A stretch of 64,000 nucleotides of DNA, from NCBI GenBank assembly GCA_964019335.1, contig OZ025649.1:1-64000 (forward strand), given 5' to 3'. Source of the stretch: Diplonema japonicum (taxonomy: Eukaryota; Protista; Euglenozoa: Diplonemea). Positions within the stretch are counted from its first letter, which is position 1. Every line of letters begins with the position of its first letter. Shown here in pieces: positions 1 to 12,500 of this stretch. The position numbers and the translations under genes were made by a program. The notes under the pieces were generated by a model that was given only the letters and a program-made list of their open reading frames with translations, ran no database searches and was not told the origin of the DNA.

Positions 1-2886
1 CGGGTTTGCGGGGTTTGCGGGGTTTGCGGGGTTTGCGGGGTTTGCGGGGTTTGCGGGGTTTGCGGGGTTTGCGGGGTTTGCGGGGTTTGCGGGGTTTGCG
101 GGGTTTGCGGGGTTTGCGGGGTTTGCGGGGTTTGCGGGGTTTGCGGGGTTTGCGGGGTTGCGGGGTTTGCGGGGTTTGCGGGGTTTGCGGGGTTTGCGGG
201 GTTTGCGGGGTTTGCGGGGTTTGCGGGGTTTGCGGGGTTTGCGGGGTTTGCGGGGTTTGCGGGGTTTGCGGGTTTGCGGGGTTTGCGGGGTTTGCGGGGT
301 TTGCGGGGTTGGGTTTGCGGGGTTTGCGGGTTTGCGGGGTTTGCGGGGTTTGCGGGGTTTGCGGGGTTTGCGGGTTTGCGGGGTTTGCGGGGTTTGCGGG
401 GTTTGCGGGGTTGCGGGGTTTGCGGGGTTTGCGGGGTTTGCGGGGTTGCGGGGTTTGCGGGGTTTGCGGGTTTGCGGGGTTTGCGGGGTTTGCGGGGTTT
501 GCGGGGTTTGCGGGGTTTGCGGGGTTTGCGGGGTTTGCGGGGTTTGCGGGGTTTGCGGGGTTTGCGGGGTTTGCGGGGTTTGCGGGGTGTTTGCGGGGTT
601 TGCGGGGTTTGCGGGGTTGCGGGGTTTGCGGGTTTGCGGGGTTTGCGGGGTTTGCGGGGTTTGCGGGGTTTGCGGGGTTTGCGGGGTTTGCGGGGTTTGC
701 GGGGTTTGCGGGGTTTGCGGGGTTTGCGGGGTTTGCGGGGTTTGCGGGGTTTGCGGGGTTTGCGGGGTTTGCGGGGTTTGCGGGGTTTGCGGGGTTTGCG
801 GGGTTTGCGGGGTTTGCGGGGTTTGCGGGGTTTGCGGGGTTTGCGGGGTTTGCGGGGTTTGCGGGGTTTGCGGGGTTTGCGGGGTTTGCGGGGTTTGCGG
901 GGTTTGCGGGGTTTGCGGGGTTTGCGGGTTTGCGGGGTTTGCGGGGTTTGCGGGGTTTGCGGGGTTTGCGGGGTTTGCGGGGTTTGCGGGTTTGCGGGGT
1001 TTGCGGGGTTTGCGGGGTTTGCGGGGTTTGCGGGGTTTGCGGGGTTTGCGGGGTTTGCGGGGTTTGCGGGGTTTGCGGGGTTTGCGGGGTTTGCGGGGTT
1101 TGCGGGGTTTGCGGGGTTTGCGGGGTTTGCGGGGTTTGCGGGGTTTGCGGGTTTGCGGGGTTTGCGGGGTTTGCGGGGTTGGGTTTGCGGGGGTTTGCGG
1201 GGTTTGCGGGGTTTGCGGGTTTGCGGGTTGCGGGGTTTGCGGGGTTTGCGGGGTTTGCGGGGTTTGCGGGGTTTGCGGGGTTTGCGGGGTTTGCGGGGTT
1301 TGCGGGGTTTGCGGGGTTTGCGGGGTTTGCGGGGTTTGCGGGGTTTGCGGGGTTTGCGGGGTTTGCGGGGTTTGCGGGGTTTGCGGGGTTTGCGGGGTTT
1401 GCGGGGTTTGCGGGGTTTGCGGGGTTTGCGGGGTTTGCGGGGTTTGCGGGGTTTGCGGGGTTTGCGGGGTTTGCGGGGTTTGCGGGGTTTGCGGGGTTTG
1501 CGGGGTTTGCGGGGTTTGCGGGGTTTGCGGGGTTTGCGGGTTTGCGGGGTTTGCGGGGTTTGCGGGTTTGCGGGGTTTGCGGGGTTTGCGGGGTTTGCGG
1601 GGTTTGCGGGGTTTGCGGGGTTTGCGGGGTTTGCGGGGTTTGCGGGGTTTGCGGGGTTTGCGGGGTTTGCGGGTTTGCGGGTTTGCGGGGTTTGCGGGGT
1701 TTGCGGGGTTTGCGGGGTTTGCGGGGTTTGCGGGTTTGCGGGGTTTGCGGGGTTTGCGGGGTTTGCGGGGTTTGCGGGGTTTGCGGGGTTTGCGGGGTTT
1801 GCGGGGTTTGCGGGGTTTGCGGGGTTTGCGGGGTTTGCGGGGTTTGCGGGGTTTGCGGGGTTTGCGGGGTTTGCGGGGTTTGCGGGGTTTGCGGGGTTTG
1901 CGGGGTTTGCGGGGTTTGCGGGGTTTGCGGGGTTTGCGGGGTTTGCGGGGTTTGCGGGGTTTGCGGGGTTTGCGGGGTTTGCGGGGTTTGCGGGGTTTGC
2001 GGGGTTTGCGGGGTTTGCGGGGTTTGCGGGGTTTGCGGGGTTTGCGGGGTTTGCGGGGTTTGCGGGGTTTGCGGGGTTTGCGGGGTTTGCGGGGTTTGCG
2101 GGGTTTGCGGGGTTTGCGGGGTTTGCGGGGTTTGCGGGGTTTGCGGGGTTTGCGGGGTTTGCGGGGTTTGCGGGGTTTGCGGGGTTTGCGGGGTTTGCGG
2201 GGTTTGCGGGGTTTGCGGGGTTTGCGGGGTTTGCGGGGTTTGCGGGGTTTGCGGGGTTTGCGGGGTTTGCGGGGTTTGCGGGGTTTGCGGGGTTTGCGGG
2301 GTTTGCGGGGTTTGCGGGGTTTGCGGGGTTTGCGGGGTTTGCGGGGTTTGCGGGGTTTGCGGGGTTTGCGGGGTTTGCGGGGTTTGCGGGGTTTGCGGGG
2401 TTTGCGGGGTTTGCGGGGTTTGCGGGGTTTGCGGGGTTTGCGGGGTTTGCGGGGTTTGCGGGGTTTGCGGGGTTTGCGGGGTTTGCGGGGTTTGCGGGGT
2501 TTGCGGGGTTTGCGGGGTTTGCGGGGTTTGCGGGGTTTGCGGGGTTTGCGGGGTTTGCGGGGTTTGCGGGGTTTGCGGGGTTTGCGGGGTTTGCGGGGTT
2601 TGCGGGGTTTGCGGGGTTTGCGGGGTTTGCGGGGTTTGCGGGGTTTGCGGGGTTTGCGGGGTTTGCGGGGTTTGCGGGGTTTGCGGGGTTTGCGGGGTTT
2701 GCGGGTTTGCGGGTTTGCGGGTTTTGCGGGTTTTGCGGGTTTTGCGGGTTTTGCGGGTTTTGCGGGTTTTGCGGGTTTTGCGGGTTTTGCGGGTTTTGCG
2801 GGTTTTGCGGGTTTTGCGGGTTTTGCGGGTTTTGCGGGTTTTGCGGGTTTTGCGGGTTTTGCGGGTTTGCGGGTTTGCGGGTTTGC
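1..2886 (+). repeat. Telomere-like 9-bp tandem array (GCGGGGTTT)n, ~320 copies, with an inner variant block (GCGGGTTTT)x16 at 2717-2860
   Basis: Read directly. Sporadic 1-nt indels occur in 1-1740 and the array is perfect in ~1740-2700. It is followed by GCGGGTTT x2, GCGGGTTTT x16 and GCGGGTTT x3, then unique sequence from 2887. The array is certain; a telomeric function is inference. Confidence 0.95.
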
Positions 2887-3260
2887 TGCCAAGAACTTGA
2901 ACTGGGGCCCGGTCATCCCCTTGAGCTCACCCCTGCATATGTTGGCTTCGACCACGGTGCCCGATCCGCTAAGCAAGCTCCATTTCATATTTCAAGCGCC
3001 AGGCTCGCCTGATAGGCAAGGTGTAAAAACTAACGGCGCACGCGGGGCCGACTCAAAAACAAAATGTACGGTGAGATGTTCCTGCGGCGTCCCTCCTGCG
3101 ACGCCCCCCTGGGTAACCAAGATGCTGAGTTCGTCCAGTTTGCTGCCTATGCATCTCTACCATCTGTTGCATCTACCATCTTCCACTAGGGCGCTACTGG
3201 CGGTGACCAACGGGCAGCTGCGCCACCATGTTATCCAAACCACCTGAGATAAAAAAAAAT
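2887..3260 (-). pseudogene. Truncated, decayed copy of a dispersed multicopy sequence family also present at ~54.4-59.5 kb
   Basis: 3106-3149 cccctgggtaaccaagatgctgagttcgtccagtttgctgcc resembles 54901 ccccaggtaaccaagattctgcg and 58955 ggccctggtaactaagattctgggcctgtgtagtttgctgcc. 3227 catgttatccaaaccacctgag resembles 57653 catgttatccccaccacctgaa. The minus frame reads GSKLDELSILVTQG versus GSKLHKHRILVTQD at ~58125. In-frame stops are present. Confidence 0.55.
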
Positions 3261-3579
3261 GGGGTATACAAAGAGGAATAAAAAGAAGAGCAAGTTAATT
3301 TTTAAAAATGAAAATCAAGTAAAGAGTTAAAAAAATCTGGTTTAACGTGTTGTTCGTGTTATAGAGAGGTAAAGAAAGGTAAAGAAAGGTAAAAAAGTGA
3401 GATGCGGCAACAGATCCGCAGCTCTTGTTAATCCCACCAAGAAAGGAAAGAAGCAACACAAAGAGGTGTAAATAGGTATTTACATAAAACCCATTTAGTT
3501 TCCGGTAAGGAGAACAAAATAAAGCTATAGGGATACATATGTGTAAATGAAGAATGTAAATGAGAACAAAAAAAATGAA

Positions 3580-6500
3580 TTAGTTGATATCCTTGTCTGG
3601 GGAATCGGAACCGGCTTGAGATGGGAAATCACAAGAGTTGATCACGAAGTACGTGAGGGTCATCCTGTGGTCACCCTTGTTCGCTTTGGACTTGATGTCG
3701 GGGGACCAGATCTCAAACTCCACGCTGATGGTGGCTGGCTTCCACGACGTTGTGACGTCCATCTGGTCGGAGGAGTCGCCTTTGCCCTTGCCGATAACGT
3801 TCACGCCTGTGGTATACGGGATGTTCTTGATGAAGATGATCCTCTCTCCGTCGGAGGTGCGCTCTTGCACACTCCTATCAACCGAAGGATTCACTGCCCT
3901 TGTGTGAGCAGCCTTGACCAGCACACCGGAGTCATCATGATTCGGCATGTCCATGATGAAGAACCCTGCCTGCACCCGGACATGCGTGTGAGACCCGAGC
4001 GTGATGAGGGGAGACACGAACTTCGTACCGAAGTGTCTTGCCAAGAACACTCTCGTTGTCCTGAATGTGTAGTCCTGGATGCTCCATCTCAACTCCAGCG
4101 CACTCCCCTCGAAGTCCATTAGATCCTCAAACATTGCAACAGCGCACAACTCAGGACCGTCAACCTCGGTCACTGCCAGCTCGTCACAGAACTCCCCAGA
4201 CCACCCAAATTTGCAGTTTGCACATTCCGCCCCATCCCAGTTCCCAAGGCACTTGCACCCCTTCGGCTCGCATTCCCCGTTCCCGCTGCACGATACTTCC
4301 CTCATTTTCCCAGAGGGCACAAGTGTCCCTACAGGGTCGGCAGGGATCATGATCGAACCGGGGCATGCCCCCGTGCGATTCAGGCTTGACACCGAGAAAC
4401 CGAGAATGCCCACTGCATCGATCTGTTGTGAATTGTGTGGCGTTCATTTGCATACCTGTGTTAGCCTGTCGTTTTCGGGTGCGATGACGAGCCTGATGGC
4501 TTTCGTTTTCCACTCCACTTCCACAACGTCAATCCCGCCTGCCTGCAAAGGCACAGGCCTTGTGTGGTGCTTCAGGTTCTTTGGGGAGTAAATACGCGAG
4601 GTAGGTTTCGAATAAAAGATCTGTAGTGTTACTGGTGGTCTGTTGTGTGTGCCATACCGGTTCTGGCCTATTCCACACTTCGAAGAAGGGTTCCGGGTTA
4701 GTATTAATGTTAATAGCTGTGCCTGTGCCATTGCTTGTTGCAAGGATTGTGGAATCTTCAGGCGACACGTTTTCTCTTGCCTGGTCAGGGACTTTCGTTG
4801 GCTTTTTTGCAACGGAGTTCGATGTGATGGCACCAACCCCCGACACCTGGTTGGGTGGAGCACCACCTCCCGGTGATGCATCAGCACCACTGGGCGCGGG
4901 CTGCGCCCAAATCCCGATAACAGAGCCAGGGTTCGAGTTTTCGTAAACGTACACCTGTGGTCATGTTGTGTAACTGCCATGATTTATACCTTCGACAAAT
5001 AAATGGCCTCTGGAAACTCCACAACAATGTATTGTAATTCGCCTTGCCACTCTTGCCTCTTCCTCAATCTGCTTGGGCAATTCGTTTTGTGCATCCTTCT
5101 GTCACAGTAATACTGTTGTTTTGTTGATTCAATGTTCTGCGTGCATACCTGAACAGGTTCCCAGGCGGCTCCTCGGTTCGGGGCGTCAGCCTCGTAGTAT
5201 CTCTCAGCAGCATCGGGCCTCCCAAGGATGTTTTGCACGTTCTTCGGTAGTGCCTGCGTCGTAAAGTCCAGAACCTTGTTCGCGAACTGGATCGGCATGG
5301 GCTCAAGCTCGTACGCCGCCTTAGGAACGGGGCCAGGTGGACCACCCGAAACTTCTGACACTTCAGGTGGAATGGTGAGAGTTGTTGCCACAGTGCACAT
5401 GTCACCGGTGAAGCCTGCAGCACAGCGGTCGCACGCGTTGCCCCCCCAGAAGCCGGCCTCGTTCGAGTTGTGGCACACGCACCCACCACCGCCGTTGCAC
5501 TGACCGTGGTCTCCGCAGTTCCTCTTCGGGTCCATGTCCTCATTCTCTGGTCCGCAGACTCTCGGAATCGCCAGATCGTCCGATTCCCTGCACGTCATGC
5601 AGCTGCCACAGTCATTCCTAAAGTCGGTGCCGACCCCGACCCAATCGCAGATCCCCATACTGGTGCATTTCTGGCACGGGAGATTGCATGCAGAGTTGCA
5701 GCACACCCCGCCCACGCAGTGTCCCGTGGCACACTGCTTGTCGGCTGAGCAAGCCGCGCCCGTGGCGCGGAACTGCACGCATGCTTTCTTCACACACGAA
5801 AACCCTTCTGCACAATCATCAAACACCTCGCATGTTGTCTGGCATGCCGATCCCGTGTCAATGTCCTTTGAGGGCACGCCACGCTTCTTCCCACAGCGAT
5901 AAGGGCTGCAGTCTGAGTGTAAAGTGCAGTTCTTGTCAGACGGGCTAGACGGGCGCGGTGCCTCTGGAGCTGGCGCATAGGCAATCCCGCCAAGAGGGTT
6001 CCCTTTCACTGCAACAGGAACGCGCAAGCACCTGAAAGGCTCTCCGATAAAGCGCTTATTGTCTGCGTAACATTCCGCCAGAATTGCCACCTCAGGTTGG
6101 AACGACTGTTGCACTACTGGTCCTGGGACACACATGTAGTTCTGACAGGTATAGAAGTGCTGGCAGTGGCCGTCCGATTCACAGTCTTTGCGGCAGGTTG
6201 CTGTCGGTAAGGGTGCCAACGCAATGTGCTTCCCGCACACGTACGGGTTACAGTAGTCGTAGTCTTTTGTACTGCAACTGACCGGGGCACTCGGAGCTCC
6301 GGCCACACATTGTCCCGTCTTGTCACAGCGGGCTTTGTGGTGGCAGTGCGCGTCGTTCCCGCAGGAAGTTCTGCACACAGCGTGCGAGAACAATACCTGC
6401 GTATTGTTCTTTCCGCATGCGTACGGGAAGCAAGATTGCTGATCATAACACTGCGAGGGGTCGTACTCCACCCACACGCACCTCCCAGGCTCCGCCTGAC

Positions 6501-9500
6501 CGCCTCCGCCCCCGGTCCCTGTTGAACCGCACAGGTTCCCAGGCATCTCTCTCCCTACTGCTCCCCCACCCCCGATCAGCTGGTACTTTGGGATCTGTGG
6601 AAGTCCGCTCAGCGTTGGGAACGAACAACGGTACGCGCTCTGCTTCTTGCTCTGGTCTCCTCCAAGACAGTGCTTGTCAGTCCAACACTCTGTGATGCAC
6701 GTTGAGGTCACCAAGTCACATGCATATGGCTCGCAGATGGTCGGGTCTGCATTGCATCCTCCAAGAGGTGGTGCTGACGTCCCCTCTGACTTGCAGATTT
6801 TGTCCAAACACACATATCCTTCTACACAATGGCTGTCGGAGAAACACGACGTCCTGCATTCATCAGTAGGAACAGGGGCGACAAGACGCGCCCGTCCGCA
6901 TACGTATGGGTGGCACCTAGTGGCGTTCCCGTAGCAGCCGGTCACCCCAATACAGCGGTACTGCGGGGTTTGTTCGCACCAACACTCCTCTCGGTCTGGT
7001 TTTTGCGCTGGCGGTAATCCTTGGTTTCCACATTCAATGTCCTCCCATTGCACGGGTGCACATGTGATCTCGCTATCTGGGGCCTTGTCTGTCCCTGTTG
7101 GACAGGACCTCACAAGCGGGCACTGCGTCCCCTCCATACATTGTTTCGAGGGCCTCGCGTCTATGTCACAAGTTTTGCATCCTCTCGTGAGAGACCACCT
7201 GCTCGTTCCTGGTCTCCACTGGGAAGAGTCCACCAACGGTTTGCCCATGCAGTCTACAACATTCACACTGCCAGCCTCCCCATCTTCTGGGCACACGCTG
7301 TTCTGCTTTGCAGAAGTGCCTGGCTTGCAGACCGCGTCAGGTGGCCATTCGCATCCGCACACATGCGGTGCAACCTTGTTCACCACAGGGGGGAGACCCT
7401 TCTTGCAGTCGATCTCCTGGAGCGCACCCCACTGTGGGCATACCAGCCCCTGACACGACCCCTCAGTGTCCGGCGCGCATTTCAACTTCGGGAGTGGGCA
7501 TTGGCATGGGTCATGACCCTCCTCAGAGCACGGGAGCCCTGCGAACTCTGGTGCGGGCCAGTTCCCACAGTTTATCAGGATTTCTTGCGTCTCTATGTCC
7601 ACCATGTACCCTGACTGGCTGTACAACTTCACCCAGTCAGGACAGTTGTCGCCGTCTGGTCCGTTCGGTTCTAAACACTGCACTGTGCCGTCCTTTGTCG
7701 TGTTCCAGGCTACGGTAGTCCTGGGGTCACACACAGGCACAAGTGGGGACATGCAGCCGCAAAAGTCTTCCTTCATACGCTGAGTAGGGGCGTGGATAGA
7801 CAGCACCGACATGTTGCAGTCGATCATCACCTTCTCGCCGGGCCCTGGAGTCACTGTAGGACAAGGCCCGCACTTCCCACCAGACGACGGTAATTCTGTT
7901 CCACCCAGCGTTGCAATGCATACTCCGGAACAGTCTGCGTAGAAGCGCATTAGCTTCGATTCAGGAGAAAACAACGACGTTCTACTAAGCTCGTCATGTC
8001 CGCGCATCCTCGATCCATCGCACCCGTCGACTGCACGATCTAAGCAGAATTTCGAGTACTGGCGTGCCCCTTCTGTTGTTGGCAAACAGGTAGGCCTTGG
8101 TGCTCCTTCCTGCCCCGCCCCACTTGTGGCTGTGCAGTTCTTCTTCGGGCAGGTCACGTACAAGTTCGAGTACCCTTTGCAATCATATGACACCGCAGGA
8201 TCGAATGCTTTTGGTGCAGGGTCGCAGCAAGCATCCGCCTCACTGCCTGTTTTGCATACAGGTGTCATGCTCGTTGGGCAGCCGCATTCGTCATACTTCA
8301 CAGTCGACGGTGGCACGCACATCCTAATCCCGTTAACAGTGCAGTCCACCTCTGGTGATTCTGCCTCGGGATCGAAGTACGTCCCTGTCTCGAACCTACC
8401 CCCTGGGGCGCACCATGCCCCGTCCAGCGTCCCAACGTTGCTCATCCCCATGAGGTCTTCTGTAGGACACGTCCCATTTGTTGTTACGCATGCGAGCGTT
8501 CCGTTTTCAAACCTTGCAGGCTTCACCGGAGGCGGCTCGCACCTGTCGCAAAACTCGCCATCGTAGTTAGTGTGGCATCTGCACTGCCCGTAAAAGAGTG
8601 ATGAGTTCGTCAACTCGCAGTATCCCATTCCACAGTCGGCGTCGCTTTCGCAGTCAGGGTCCATGCATGAGCCACCGTGGTACCCGGGGGAGCACGACTC
8701 GCACAGATCGCCTGCCCAGAACCCGAGGTTTGTGGGCACCACCTTCACCGACACCCCATCGTAACTCGTTCCATCTGGCGGGACTGACACAAGGGTCCAC
8801 TCCCCTGCTTGCCTCGTCACACTGTTCCCAGGAGCAGACCACGTGTTTGCCTCATCCAAGGGGAGATTCACCTCCACCTGTTTCTCCTCCTCACGCCCGA
8901 TTGACAATGCAATGCTACGGAAAAAGCCGGTGAACCTCTCTTTTTCAGAACCAAAAGCAATCGGTTTGTCCATCCAGGCGAACGACCTCAACAGGAGGTT
9001 CTGTTGCTGTGACATCTGTACAGGTTGTTCGGCTAGACCTGGCTTTCCGTTCTCCAGCTTCGACTTCCCAAGGAAGACCTGCACTGTTGCGTCTGTGAGC
9101 GACGCGTTTAACGAGAGGCGCACCCATCGGTTCGAGAAGAGGTTCAAAAGACCGGACGCAACCCCAACCAGCTGATTCCCGGTAGAGTCAATCAGTTTCA
9201 CGCGCACGGACGACGCAAGCGGGCTGCCGTCAGCTCCGGTGTTCAGGTCAACGCGCACCTCTCCGCCAGTCGAGTGTCTCGCTCGGAACACGTTCATCTG
9301 AGAAGTTTCATCCACTCGTCTTATTTTCACGTAGGCAGAGAACCCAAAGGCTTCAAGTGGGGGAATACGCTGGTATCCCGTCTCAAGGATTGCCCCGTTG
9401 AAATAAAGCTTTCCAAGGAACGTTGCTTGCTTGAACAGCACTCTCGCCGTGAGCCCCGCAAGGTCCGCTACTGTTATCCCCGAAGATCCCACATCCCATT

Positions 9501-12500
9501 GCACTTCGTGTGCCATCACAGCAGCTGTTGCTGCATCTTGCCCAACAACGGTGCCCTTCTGCTCCGTTGTTGCTTGTACAGTGCGCCCTGCTACTGTCTT
9601 CAGCGCCACTTCGAACGGGACGTCATTACCGACCCCCGCGCTGTTTTCTACAAAAAAACGCACTCTCACCCACTGGATCTCAACCAGCGGCGACGGGAGA
9701 GCCTGGAAGGTAGCTTCCGTGTTGAACACCACCTGACCCAAGGCAGGCCCCGTGCTGGTTTCGTCGGCGAGGAGGATTGACTTTCCACTCCATGCCTTCC
9801 AGTTCGTGACTCGCGGTGCAGACAAGCTCCCCGATGTTGTCGTCAGTATGTTCGCTCCGGCACGGGCTCCCACTTGCACCGGGAGCGCTCCCGCAGCTGC
9901 ACGCGACCAGTCCTGTTGGTCAGTCGGGAATTCCACGCCCTGTTGGCTGTCCCCCATGAAGACACGAACAGATGACCCAACGAGCTTCTGTCCCACTTGC
10001 GTCGCGCCTTCTCCGAACCACAGCTTCCAGTACCTGTAGTCACCCTGCCCACATTTGGAGAACAGCCCAACGAAGTCTGCAGAGCATGTAGCGCAAGTCC
10101 TGTGGGCAAACACACAGACGCTCTTCAGGTTCGTGCGATGTCCGTTGCCTGCCTTCGTCTTCAATATTGTACGGGACTCCAGCGGCGACATCGTGTCTCC
10201 AAATGCAAGTACCGTCGTCAGTGCAGAAGTCAATTCACCCTTGTCCAGCATTACCCACTCGGATGCAGGGAGGAAGGTTGGATTTGTTGAGATCACCACT
10301 GTGTTCCAGTCGCCAGGTGGGAATCTAGCGAATGCTCCACCAGCCTCGCTGCCATCCTGCAGCGTGAAGTGCAACCACTTCCTACCTACTTCGTCACCTG
10401 TTCCTGGGAACTCAAACATTCGCGAGCCTGCACCTGATGCCTGACCCAAAAAGGCCAGTGGCGAATAAGGGCGAATCGTCGACCCCAGAGCACCTGCAAC
10501 GTTGCCAGCCAGCTTCCCTTTGCCCTTCCAGGCACCTCCGACCAGAGCCACACCGTAGTAGTTGAACTTTTTGTCTTGCACGAAGCGGCAGAAGTACGGT
10601 CCTGCTGAACTACCCACCCCTTCTCTCTGCAGAGTAAAGACACCATCGTCAGGAATCCCCCAGCTCCTTATCGGATCTCTGTAGTACTCCAACACTTCTC
10701 CGCATGAAGCTAAGACGGGCTCACTGCTCATCGTATTTCTGCTGCTCTGAGCCATCTCGAGGTAGTCGTCTACCATGCTGAGAGCAGGCACCGCCCCCGT
10801 TACCGTTGTTGACTCTCCGAAACACACGCACTGCCCGTCGCTCCTGCACAAACCGTGTCCTGAACATTCCCTTCCGTTCTTTGGATTTGTCGGGCAAATC
10901 CTCTCGGTGCACTGAGTGCCGTAGAAGTCCTCTTTGCATTTCTCGCAGTTCGGTCCAGCCCAGTGGCCACGCTCCTCGTCATCGTGGCAGCCCGTACATG
11001 CCCTCGGTACCTCCACCTCTCCGTCCATCCCGCTGCAGAAGAAGTTCCCGCATTTCGTCCTGAACTCCGTGTCGGCCGTGTCGCGCATTAAACCACCGCA
11101 GCAAAACGACAAAGCTCGAGAGCAGCAATACGGAGGGAACCTGTCTGCCATATCCTGAGGACAGGTCCATGATGTGTCGCACCTCCCGTGGTTGTTGCAC
11201 GTCGACGGATCGCACGTGGGCACTGGGGGCTCAACTGGAATCACTGCTGGTATTAACATCGTTGCACCACACACCACGGGGTTTACTGGCTCCGTCCCCA
11301 CTGCGTCCCTTGGAAGGTTACTGGAATACTTCAAAAACACAGCCTCCCCTTCCAAACGCACGAGGTTAACTTCGTCAAAGTCGATGCGGCACTTTCCATC
11401 AAAATTCCCTGCCTTGTTTTGCCTTGGGTCTCTCTTCCAGCACATCAAACGCACAGACGCGTACACAGAACCAGCTGGCGAGGTGTGCGGTACAGCGAAC
11501 TGTTTCCATGTCGCGCTCAGTTTCGGTCCCTGCAATACTTGGCGCACTGTGTGGAGCGATCTAGGGTTTGACCCTCCTTTCCAGTACGTCACCTCCACGC
11601 GTGCGCTATCGGATGTTGTCCCCCCATCAGCCGCAGCCTCCGCCCTCACACGGAATTGCAACGAATACGGCGCCGAGCCAACGATCCTCCCGGGAACGTT
11701 CAGTTGGCAGCAGCCGTCCTCCTCTGGGTCTTGCTTCGGTGTGCACTCGGGTACTCCCTCTGCACACTGTATGCTAGCATCCGTCCTCCCGTCTGTGAGG
11801 TAGCGCATAAACAGAGGGTTTGGCTCATTTGCTGTCACTGCAGACACAGTGATGTATCGCCCGCCAGTTGCTTGTCCGTCGGCCATCACCTTCCATTCCC
11901 CGCGGTAGCTCGCAGGCGCCAAGGGTGTTTCTGGTGTCTTATCCCACCCTTCAACGTCCGCACGTGCACTCGAGAAGTCCACACCAAAACCTGAGTCACC
12001 TTCCAGCGGGACGTCAGTTCCAACCAATTCGTTTCCACCCCCAAACGGAAACGCGTTCAGCGGCGGTTGGTTATACCTTACCACAAACGTCGCCACGGAA
12101 TCCGGTTTGAAGGTTTCCGTAGTCTTTGATCTTGGCTGCAACAGCGGCACCTTCGACTCATTCCACCCGGCTACTTTCACACTTACATCCCCTGTCGTGC
12201 AGTCCACCACACGCACGGTTCCATCAGATTCCAGGAATTCTCCAAAGCACAAGGCTTGGTTTCCCATCCTGTCCTGCACTGTGACGCTGCTGGACCATGG
12301 ACTTCCTGAAGTCGCCTCATCAGCCACGTCCTTGCATGCGAGCTGGAACGGCGGCCCGGCGCGCACCAAAATTGGTGGGGTTTTGCACGTAGGGAGCCCA
12401 GGTACTTCCATCCCGATTACAATAGTCTCAGCAACCCCGTACCATACGTTCTCCCACACTAGCTCATGCGCGAGCCCCTGTCGGACGCAGTTCACGGGCT

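Noticed and set aside
6-3247. Three ~900-1000-aa ORFs (LRG/VCG/FAG repeats)
   Set aside because: Artefacts of a stop-free 9-bp repeat that is open in all frames; the starts are TTG.
4413-4990. Programmed frameshifting, readthrough or non-canonical introns linking the terminal ORFs
   Set aside because: Every frame change is explained by a canonical 33-37-nt GT-AG intron.
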